A program made the translations under genes and the position numbers. Source: a bacterium (GTDB lineage: Bacteria; UBA6262; WVXT01). Taken from it: a DNA stretch of 13,458 bases. Below are positions 6,441-13,458 of this stretch, piece after piece; within the stretch, counting starts at the first letter, position 1, and the number at the start of each line of letters is the position of its first letter. The notes beneath the pieces are model-generated. The model was not told the DNA's origin. It did no database searches and saw nothing but the letters and a program-made list of their open reading frames with translations. The stretch is taken from NCBI GenBank assembly GCA_046759165.1, contig JBHIBS010000039.1, positions 1 to 13,458 of the forward strand, written 5' to 3'.

Positions 6441-6469
6441 ATTATACTGTGGTAGTAAAGTTTTGTCAA
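6441..6469 (-). promoter_or_regulatory. Consensus sigma70 promoter for tRNA-Val
   Basis: Exact TTGACA (6469-6464), 17-nt spacer, exact TATAAT (6446-6441), 36 nt upstream of the tRNA. Confidence 0.9.
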
Positions 6470-7038
6470 GAAATTTCGAACTTTTTATCTGATTTTTTGG
6501 AAATGATATTGCGTCTCTGGCTAATGTAAAGTTTCCTAATATGATTAAACAGTTCAATGTACTCCCGAGTTCGATAATCGGGAAAAGTCCAGGGCCGGAA
6601 TTTAAAAGTTCCCTGGCTGAAGTATAAAGTTATCTCTGCATAGATCCCCTCTCTTAAATAGATTCTGTTTGGCGAATCTTTAGTGCTGGCTAAGATCAGC
6701 TTTGTACAATCCAGATAACCCGGGTCGAGATTAATGAGACGGCTTGGTTTATCCCTGGAAAGTGAGAACTTTTCTTCCAGACTGTTCGTAAATAATTTAA
6801 CCTCGACTAACTCCTTTGGCTCAATTAGCGCGTGAAAACTTAAAAATTGTCTCTTTAAATTTTCGCCCATCTCTTCCTTGTAGTAGTCGGTCTTGTCAAA
6901 GTTGAATACACTGCTTTTCAAATCTACCGGCCCAAATTTCTCAACTAAAATTTGGGTTACTTGGCCGAAAAAACCTAGATTTGGAGATATCATACCCATT
7001 ATTAACTTTACTGGAAGAGTCTTTTTTATTTTACTCAT
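6466..7038 (-). CDS. DUF4416 family protein
   Basis: TDYYKEEMG, LVEVKLFTNSLE, RLINLDPGYL, LILASTKDSPNRIYLREGIYAEITL and PWTFPDY are characteristic of DUF4416. Confidence 0.85.
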   Translation of the reverse strand: MSKIKKTLPVKLIMGMISPNLGFFGQVTQILVEKFGPVDLKSSVFNFDKTDYYKEEMGENLKRQFLSFHALIEPKELVEVKLFTNSLEEKFSLSRDKPSRLINLDPGYLDCTKLILASTKDSPNRIYLREGIYAEITLYFSQGTFKFRPWTFPDYRTREYIELFNHIRKLYISQRRNIISKKSDKKFEIS

Positions 7039-7082
7039 TGTGTTTTCTCTATAGAATTATATAAATGAATTCTTCACCAAGG

Positions 7083-8348
7083 CTAAACCTTCAACAATTT
7101 TGCAAATTTTTCTTTATCGGTAAAGGGACCAAGCACTGCCAGATTAAGGTGCTGGTTAACGAAAATCCTTTGGGCTACGGTTTTTATGTCATCTGAGGTA
7201 ACTTTTTCAATTTCTTTCATCTGTTCTTCTGGTAGTTTAATCTTTCCCAGAAGGAGTTCTTGATGACCGAGAAAACTTGCTACCCCTGGAGAAAGCTCCA
7301 GTTCCAAGGCCAACCTGCCTTTCAAGTACTGTTTAGCTTTTCCCAATTCTTCTTCTCCAACAGTTTCCTGACTCATTCTCTTAAGCTCTTCCAAAATAGT
7401 AATAACTGCAGTTTCCACTTTGTTTATCTCCACTTCTGCATGAACACGCAGGTTCCCCCCATCCAGATAAGATTCCCTTAAAGAATCAACTGAATAAGCT
7501 ATACCTTCTTCTTCTCGAAGCCGAACGAAGAGCCGGGAACTTACCATTCCTCCCAGAATTGTATTTAAAACTCTGAGCACGTAACGGTCGGGATGTTCAT
7601 AGGCAAAAGTCCTCACTCCTAAGCATAGATAGGCCTGGTCGGTCTCCCTATACTGGAGGGTAGTAGCAGGAGCGGTTTGTTTTTCTTCTAAAGGCAAGCA
7701 ATAAGGTTTTTTCCTATTCTCCCATCTTCCCAAGTACTTTCTAACCAGAGCTGAAGTCTTTCGAGGCTCGACATCACCAGCAATGGAGACTACAGTGTTA
7801 CTGGATGAAAAATTCTTTTCCCGATAAGCCAACAATCTTCCCCGGTTGATATTTTTAATTACCTCCTTTTTGCCGATTACTTCCCAGCCCAAAGGTTGGT
7901 TATTGTAGAGAAGAGACTTATAAATACTTACAACGCGAATATCTGGTTTGTCCTGATGCATATTAATCTCTTCCAGAATAACGCCTTTTTCCTTCTCAAT
8001 CTCTTCTGTTTCAAATTTAGAATTAAGTAACATATCTGAAAGAACATCGAGGGCAAGTTCCAGATGGGGACTCGCCAAGTGAATGAAAAGGCCAGTGCTC
8101 TCTTCGCCGGTATAAGCATTCAGTTCTCCTCCCACTCTATCAATAGTTTCGGAGATGGTTTTGGCACTTGGCCGTTTGCTGGTTCCCCTAAAGAACATAT
8201 GCTCCAAAAAATGGGTGATACCGTTCACTTGCTCAGGTTCATACCGAGACCCTATTCCGATTAAAATCAAAACAGTAACCGCTCGTGTTCCTTTCATTGG
8301 AGCTGTTATGACTTTCAAACCGTTATCCAGGAGAGATTTTTTATACAT
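7083..8348 (-). CDS. M16 (pitrilysin/MPP-like) zinc peptidase
   Basis: Inverted zinc motif HFLEH in GITHFLEHMFFRGT, LNAYTG, EKGVILEE and SSRLFVRLREEEGIAY. Confidence 0.95.
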   Translation of the reverse strand: MYKKSLLDNGLKVITAPMKGTRAVTVLILIGIGSRYEPEQVNGITHFLEHMFFRGTSKRPSAKTISETIDRVGGELNAYTGEESTGLFIHLASPHLELALDVLSDMLLNSKFETEEIEKEKGVILEEINMHQDKPDIRVVSIYKSLLYNNQPLGWEVIGKKEVIKNINRGRLLAYREKNFSSSNTVVSIAGDVEPRKTSALVRKYLGRWENRKKPYCLPLEEKQTAPATTLQYRETDQAYLCLGVRTFAYEHPDRYVLRVLNTILGGMVSSRLFVRLREEEGIAYSVDSLRESYLDGGNLRVHAEVEINKVETAVITILEELKRMSQETVGEEELGKAKQYLKGRLALELELSPGVASFLGHQELLLGKIKLPEEQMKEIEKVTSDDIKTVAQRIFVNQHLNLAVLGPFTDKEKFAKLLKV

Positions 8349-8364
8349 AGCAAAATATGTCTAT

Positions 8365-9054
8365 CTAATATCTCCTCCGATGTTTCTTACCTTTTAAGAG
8401 AAGAATAAAAAATATCCCGCTTAAGAATCCGCCAATATGTGCCCACCAGGCAATTCCTCCTGCTTGGGCAGTTCCCAAACCTAAGGTTAACACTCCATTT
8501 AAAAACTGCATTAAGAACCACACTCCCAAAAATATGAAAGCAGGTAGCTCAAGTATCTGGAAAAAGAAAAAGATTGGCACAAGGGTGATGACTCGGGACT
8601 TAGGATAGAGGACCAAGTATGCACCCAAAATCCCAGCGATAGCCCCACTGGCACCAATTGAGGGTACAGAAGAAGTGGGACTGGCAAAGATATGAGCTAA
8701 GCTTGCCCCAAATCCACAGAGGAGATAGAAAATCGGGAATTTAAAATGCCCCAATCTATCTTCTATATTATCAGCGAAGACCCAGAGATACAACATATTA
8801 CCCAAGAGATGAAACCACCCTCCATGTAGGAAGAGGGAAGTGAATATTGGAAAGTAACGGGAAAGAAGTCCCTGAGACATGTAGAGTCGGGAATCAAAAA
8901 AGCGTGCGGGAACCACGCCGGCAAATTTCACAAGCTCTGGCAAGTGTCGACCGAGGCTAATCTCATAAAAAAAGACAGAGACGTTTGCCACAATTAGAAG
9001 AATAGTGATAATTGGGTACTTCTCTGATGGTATGGTGTTTTTAAGCGGGATCAT
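8365..9054 (-). CDS. Rhomboid family intramembrane serine protease
   Basis: FLHGGWFHLLGNM, catalytic GASG and AHIGG motifs, and several hydrophobic helices. Confidence 0.96.
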   Translation of the reverse strand: MIPLKNTIPSEKYPIITILLIVANVSVFFYEISLGRHLPELVKFAGVVPARFFDSRLYMSQGLLSRYFPIFTSLFLHGGWFHLLGNMLYLWVFADNIEDRLGHFKFPIFYLLCGFGASLAHIFASPTSSVPSIGASGAIAGILGAYLVLYPKSRVITLVPIFFFFQILELPAFIFLGVWFLMQFLNGVLTLGLGTAQAGGIAWWAHIGGFLSGIFFILLLKGKKHRRRY

Positions 9055-9095
9055 TTTCTGAATTTGTCTTTCTCGTTGACGGGAACTGCATTAGA

Positions 9096-9237
9096 GCAGA
9101 GCTTCGCTCTGCCGGTACATCCTGCACAATTTGAAATTGTGCCTACAAACGAACCCTCCCTTTCGGGAGGACTCCAGGGTGAACCGAACCCGTACATTGA
9201 CGCAGAGTGTTGGGGCGACCACGGAGTGTCCCCCTAC
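9096..9237. repeat. Cluster of REP-like hairpins
   Basis: Hairpins gcagagc-ttc-gctctgc (9096-9112), gcacaattt-g-aaattgtgc-CTAC (9124-9146), cctccc-tttc-gggagg (9155-9170) and ggggcgac...gtccccc-TAC (9212-9237). Two end in the CTAC foot of GTAG-type REPs. Confidence 0.55.
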
Positions 9238-9238
9238 G

Positions 9239-10309
9239 CTATTTTGGTGAGATGCCTAATTTATCATACAAAGATCGGAAGTTAATCTCCCTATTAACCA
9301 GTTCTACTGCTCTGGCCACCTTCTTCTTCCCGCTAACTCTCAGGCGTCTGAGTAGATCCTCTATTTTCCCAACCGTTGTGAGCGTGTCCTCTTTAACTAC
9401 TATCATAGGTACTCCTTGTTCTTCTGCTCGAGAAATGATGATATCGCTGGGGAAAAGGTTGCCTGTCAAAACAATACATCTGGTAGAGGTTTCCAGGGCA
9501 GCGAGCTGAATGTCTGGACGATCGCCTCCAGTAATAACCGCTTTGTTTTGAACTTTTCGGAAATACCTTAAAGCTCCCTCAACATTCATAGCACCTATCA
9601 TAAAATGTTCCACTAGCTCAGCCACCTTCTCAGCGCAACAGAGAATTTCTCCTCCCAGATTATCACAGAGTTCACCAATGCTAATAGCATTTAATAAAGT
9701 GTCTTGGGGAATCATGCCCAAGACTTCGATCCCTTCTCTTTTCAAAAAAGGAACTATTCTTCTTTTGAAATAATCAATTCTGTCTGAAGCAACGCAGTTC
9801 AGAACGACGCCTATAAAATTCTCTCCCAGAACCTCGCTTGCAGCAAGAATAGGATCTACTAAAATATCTGTTTCGCACTTGTCAATTAATATGGTTTTTG
9901 CTTTCATTCTGTTAATTAGTTTTTTTCCTGGAATACCTAATAATGTGCCTTCGTCGAGATTGCCCCCTCCTCCTATTAGAACTAAGTCTCTGCCCTTAGA
10001 AATCTTATTATAGGCCTCCATTACTTTGTTCTCGATACTTCTTATCTTTTTCGTATAGGCTTGAATGGTGAGGTCTTGAGTCAAAACAACCGGGCAAACC
10101 AAATCCAGGGAATCCTGGAGTCCCAAGATCTCCTCCATAGAGACTCCATCCTGGTCCGTTAATACCTTTCCTATTCTAACAGGAAGCCTTCCGAGAGGTT
10201 TAAAATAGGCAACAGATATACCATCGCTTTGGAACCTCTTTCCCAAACCTATAGAAACCAGAGTCTTTCCGGAATACTCAGAAATAGAACCTACATATAG
10301 AGAGACCAT
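9239..10309 (-). CDS. Phosphotransacetylase-family protein (BioD-like AAA_26 + DRTGG domains, no catalytic Pta domain)
   Basis: YSGKT P-loop-like motif, YFKPLG, and VITGGDRPDIQLAALE (DRTGG). Start moved to ATG 10309 after the SD AGGAGG; the ORF track gives 10324. Confidence 0.9.
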   Translation of the reverse strand: MVSLYVGSISEYSGKTLVSIGLGKRFQSDGISVAYFKPLGRLPVRIGKVLTDQDGVSMEEILGLQDSLDLVCPVVLTQDLTIQAYTKKIRSIENKVMEAYNKISKGRDLVLIGGGGNLDEGTLLGIPGKKLINRMKAKTILIDKCETDILVDPILAASEVLGENFIGVVLNCVASDRIDYFKRRIVPFLKREGIEVLGMIPQDTLLNAISIGELCDNLGGEILCCAEKVAELVEHFMIGAMNVEGALRYFRKVQNKAVITGGDRPDIQLAALETSTRCIVLTGNLFPSDIIISRAEEQGVPMIVVKEDTLTTVGKIEDLLRRLRVSGKKKVARAVELVNREINFRSLYDKLGISPK

Positions 10310-10360
10310 CCCATCCTCCTTCATTCAAAAATGTGGCAGCGCCAACAGTTAAGTTGTAGA

Positions 10361-10413
10361 TAGTGTAGCCCTTTATGGGCGTAATTTTTACGGGGACAAG
10401 CCCCTACACTACC
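10361..10413. repeat. Complete GTAG-type REP-like palindrome
   Basis: Outer arms tagtgtag (10361-10368) and ctacacta (10404-10411) enclose the hairpins gccc-tttat-gggc and gggg-acaag-cccc; 21 nt are identical to 1-21. Confidence 0.75.
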
Positions 10414-10421
10414 AATTTAAA

Positions 10422-12518
10422 TTAAACTTTTATTGTTAATCGCGAGTCTATTACAACAGCTCCTTCCCCTGCGGGCAGAACCATCAATGGATTTATATCC
10501 ATTTCCAAAATCTCGGGAAAATCTGTAACCAGCTGAGACAACCTCAAGAGAGCCTCTTTCACCGCTATCAAGTCGGAAGGTTGTTCTCCCCGCAATCCTT
10601 TAAGGATTGGGTAAGAACGAATTTCTTTTATCATCGAGTCTACTTCATAGAGACTTAACGGCGCAATCCGGAAAGATATGTCTTTAAGCGCTTCTACATA
10701 GATTCCACCAAGCCCGAACATGAGAAGAGAACCAAAAGACGGATCTCTGGAGGAACCTAAAATTACCTCTCTCCCCGGTCCAATCATCTCTTCTACAGCT
10801 ACCCCCAGGATTAGCGCTTCTGGCATAAATCTCTTTGCATTTGAGATGAGGTCTTCAAAGCTTCTTGCTACCTGAGACTTCCCGCTGATTCCAACCTTGA
10901 CCCCTCCTATGTCAGATTTGTGTAAAATATCGGGAGAGACAATCTTCATTGCTACCGGGTAACCAAGGGAGTCTGCTGCAGAGATTGCCTCACGCGAAGT
11001 CTCAGTAACTATTCTATTGGGAAGAGAAAAACCGTAGGCCGAGAGCACTTCTCTTGTCTGTTCAGTAGTCAGGTTCGCTTTGCCTTTCTCTTTCGCTTTT
11101 GAGAAAATCTCCTCTGTTTTTTTCTTATTTACCTCAAAAGACTTAGTCTTACCAGAAGGAACCTCTTTCCACTTTCGGTGCTTAACCATAGCCTCCAGAG
11201 CGGCGATAGCGCGCTCCGGATAAGAATAATTGGGTATCTTTCCCGAACGCAAAACTTTTGTACCCGCTTTAATTTCTAACCGTCCCATAAAGGAAGAGAG
11301 AACGGGCTTATCCGAAACCGCTGAAGAAATCTTGCTTATAACTTCTGCCGTCTCTTTTATCTCAGTCATCGCCTGAGGAGTCAAAATTACAACAAGGCTA
11401 TCAACTCCAGGGTCATTAATGACAGTTTTCATTCCCTTCTCATAACGAGCCGCTCCTGCATCGCCAATCACATCTACTGGATTATATATAGCAGCACTAA
11501 CAGGGAGCTCTTTTCGGAGTTCCCTGATTGTCTTTTCCCCGAAAGAAGCCATCCGGAGAATAGAATTCGCAGCTGCATCAGCTGCAATGATACCTGGACC
11601 ACCAGCATTGGTTAGAATAGCAAGATTTGCTCCTCGGGGAAGGGGTTGATAGGCAAAGGCAATAGCATAATCAAAGAGAGCTTCCACTGTCTCAGCTCTG
11701 ATTACCCCGCACTGTCTAAAAGCGGCTTCATAGGCGGCCTCTGAACCTGTCAAGGTTCCTGTATGTGAAGAGGCAGCTCTTGCCCCGGCTTGTGTCCGTC
11801 CGGATTTAGTAATAATAACAGGCTTGGCCCGGGAAACCTCTCTAACTACTTCCATAAATCTGACCCCATTGCCTATTCCTTCCAGATAACCGAGGATAAC
11901 TTTGGTTTCAGGGTCAGCAGCAAGGGCAAGCAACAAATCCACCTCGTCAATATCTGCCTTGTTTCCCAGGCTAATGAATTTTGAGAATCCGACATCTTCC
12001 TCAAGAGCCCAGTCCAAAACGGCAGTACATAGAGCGCCAGATTGGGAAAAGAAGGCAATATTCCCTCTGGAAGGCATGCCTGCGGCAAAAGAGGCGTTGA
12101 GGCTTGAGGCAGTATCGATAACTCCAAGACAATTCGGACCAAGTACTCTTATACTTGAGTTTTTGATAGTTTCAACTAACTCTTTCTCCAGTTTAGAACC
12201 TTCTTTACCAGATTCTTTAAAGCCGGCTGAAATAATAATTACTGTGTCAATTCTTTTCTTTACGCACTGTTTAAGGATAGAGGGAACAAATTGAGAAGGA
12301 ATGGCAACCACAGCGAGGTCTATCTTCCCTTCCACAGAAAAAATTGTGGAATATGTTCTTATTCCCAAAATTTCTTCTGCTTTTGGATTGATGGGATAAA
12401 TCTTTCCTTTATAACCATGTTGGAGGAGATTCTTCAAAACGGTATGGCCAACTTTTGCTTCTTTTCGGGAAGCGCCGATAATTGTTATTGATTTAGGATT
12501 AAAAAGTTTTTCCAGCAC
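10422..12518 (-). CDS. Acetate/acyl--CoA ligase (ADP-forming), fused alpha-beta subunits
   Basis: CoA-binding IGAS...YPINP, GPNCLG, SQSGA, SLGNKAD, phospho-His ASSHTG, NPVD, and C-terminal ATP-grasp KIVSPDILHKSDIGGV and EMDINPL. No GNAT domain. Confidence 0.93.
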   Translation of the reverse strand: MLEKLFNPKSITIIGASRKEAKVGHTVLKNLLQHGYKGKIYPINPKAEEILGIRTYSTIFSVEGKIDLAVVAIPSQFVPSILKQCVKKRIDTVIIISAGFKESGKEGSKLEKELVETIKNSSIRVLGPNCLGVIDTASSLNASFAAGMPSRGNIAFFSQSGALCTAVLDWALEEDVGFSKFISLGNKADIDEVDLLLALAADPETKVILGYLEGIGNGVRFMEVVREVSRAKPVIITKSGRTQAGARAASSHTGTLTGSEAAYEAAFRQCGVIRAETVEALFDYAIAFAYQPLPRGANLAILTNAGGPGIIAADAAANSILRMASFGEKTIRELRKELPVSAAIYNPVDVIGDAGAARYEKGMKTVINDPGVDSLVVILTPQAMTEIKETAEVISKISSAVSDKPVLSSFMGRLEIKAGTKVLRSGKIPNYSYPERAIAALEAMVKHRKWKEVPSGKTKSFEVNKKKTEEIFSKAKEKGKANLTTEQTREVLSAYGFSLPNRIVTETSREAISAADSLGYPVAMKIVSPDILHKSDIGGVKVGISGKSQVARSFEDLISNAKRFMPEALILGVAVEEMIGPGREVILGSSRDPSFGSLLMFGLGGIYVEALKDISFRIAPLSLYEVDSMIKEIRSYPILKGLRGEQPSDLIAVKEALLRLSQLVTDFPEILEMDINPLMVLPAGEGAVVIDSRLTIKV

Positions 12519-12563
12519 TCTTTTAGTTTAAATTCGGTTTGAAGAGAGAAATGTTTAGTTAAT

Positions 12564-13328
12564 TTACTCTATCTTTTTATTATATTTTGTTGTTCTTTGT
12601 TTAGCCCACTCCCAAGCATAATCATACAAATGGAGCCCTTTACTTATTGCTATAATTTCTCCGTCTTCAACTCCAATCTCATCTACCATATACTGTTTTA
12701 CCAGCTGCAATCCCCCTAAGTTTGAAGGAAAACCTCCCCATAAATCCCAGGACCTGAAATAAGGTATAAAATGGAGTTTGCCATACCTGATTCTGGTATC
12801 TATTAATCTCAAACAAGGAGGATCTTTTAAACTAACATCAGAAGGCATTCCAATCTCCATTATCGCCTGATTTGTGCCAAATCCCTCTGTCTTGTACATC
12901 TTTATAACCTCGTCTATCTGGTTAACATTAAGAGGAATCTCTCTTATCATCCTCTTCCCCTCAACATTTTCCTCTATTCTCACCTTAGGATCAACCAGCC
13001 TCTCACCATAAGTATAGTCTTCGGTTCCTGTCTTGGCTCCGGTCAAAAGGTATTCCAGATAGCCCTGGACATACTCCATGTTGGTTGGGGCGGGAATGCC
13101 TGAACCCTCGGGAATGATGGGTATTATCTGATGGGAAGGTTTCTTAACTCTGATAGTAACGAAATCGAATTCGAGCCTCTTCTGCCCCTTATAGCTACCC
13201 CTGGTAACTGTGTATACCTGTCCCTTCTCCAGTATTGCCGACAGACACTGGAACCAAGCATCGTCGAGATCGAACGCCTCAATATATACTGGTTTCATCC
13301 CTTCGTTTTGAGTATGTTGAGTCACCAT
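12564..13328 (-). CDS. thyA: Thymidylate synthase, short archaeal-type ThyA
   Basis: YTYGERL, catalytic DPPCL, FRSWDLWGGFPSN (RSxD...N) and GLHLY. SD GAGGGA before ATG 13328; alternative start at 13298. Confidence 0.85.
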   Translation of the reverse strand: MVTQHTQNEGMKPVYIEAFDLDDAWFQCLSAILEKGQVYTVTRGSYKGQKRLEFDFVTIRVKKPSHQIIPIIPEGSGIPAPTNMEYVQGYLEYLLTGAKTGTEDYTYGERLVDPKVRIEENVEGKRMIREIPLNVNQIDEVIKMYKTEGFGTNQAIMEIGMPSDVSLKDPPCLRLIDTRIRYGKLHFIPYFRSWDLWGGFPSNLGGLQLVKQYMVDEIGVEDGEIIAISKGLHLYDYAWEWAKQRTTKYNKKIE

Positions 13329-13348
13329 TTTAATCCCTCACTTAACTG

Positions 13349-13458
13349 CCTCCTTAAGCTAAGGGAGGAAAAAAGGAACCTATCCCTTTTTCCCGTCACC
13401 CTAACTTTCTCCCCACAGGGGAGAGGAAATAAGGAAAATTGACTCTGACCCCTTTTTT
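13349..13458. repeat. Mosaic of short palindromic repeats upstream of thyA
   Basis: cctcctt-aagct-aagggagg (13349-13368), aaaaggaacctatcccttttt, a CCCTCACCCTAACCCTCTCCC-like element with tctcccc-aca-ggggaga (13408-13424), and gactctgacccctttttt at the window edge. Confidence 0.5.

Noticed and set aside
6327-6557. 76-aa minus-strand ORF
   Set aside because: It runs through the DUF4416 3' end, the promoter and the tRNA; no recognisable protein features.
7056-7086. TATAAT upstream of the DUF4416 gene as an internal promoter
   Set aside because: No acceptable -35 hexamer at 16-18 nt spacing and no extended -10 TG.
9064-9238. Hairpin-rich spacer as a riboswitch or CRISPR remnant
   Set aside because: No riboswitch consensus that I recognise and no regularly spaced identical repeats; the CTAC-footed palindromes fit REP-like elements better.
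9239-12518. ADP-forming ligase plus DRTGG protein as a novel system, or the ligase as a Pat/Pka acetyltransferase
   Set aside because: This pairing is common in anaerobic bacteria and archaea. The catalytic His is present and there is no GNAT domain.
640-13442. Remaining short plus-strand ORFs and the nested minus-strand ORFs at 5653-5835, 7928-8119 and 11873-12142
   Set aside because: Nearly all are antisense or out-of-frame shadows of well-supported genes, with no motifs; 9064-9285 mostly translates a repeat cluster.

Overview
A bacterial chromosomal segment of moderate GC content, probably from an uncultured or deep-branching anaerobe (inference). Every credible gene is on the minus strand. 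In transcription order (right to left) it carries: an archaeal-type thymidylate synthase, a fused ADP-forming acetate--CoA ligase, a DRTGG/phosphotransacetylase-family protein, a rhomboid protease, an M16 peptidase and a DUF4416 protein. Next is a small unit with a perfect sigma70 promoter, tRNA-Val(CAC), a 25-aa Lys-rich ORF and an intrinsic terminator. It is followed by a SagB/ThcOx-like flavoprotein with a signal peptide and by a C4 zinc-ribbon / RNase HI / rnpB unit. The last group is a tightly packed nitroreductase, divergent RNase HII-like protein, YprB-like exonuclease, 21-aa Lys-rich ORF and SPL-family radical SAM enzyme. The most striking observations are a ~298-nt RNase P RNA that appears to lack P13, P14 and P18 (archaeal type A-like layout in a bacterial context), two tiny polybasic ORFs missed by the ORF track, and a possible nucleic-acid repair cluster whose radical SAM protein has a second CX3CX2C motif. 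Intergenic gaps hold several families of REP-like palindromes. All family calls come from motif recognition by eye; no searches were run.
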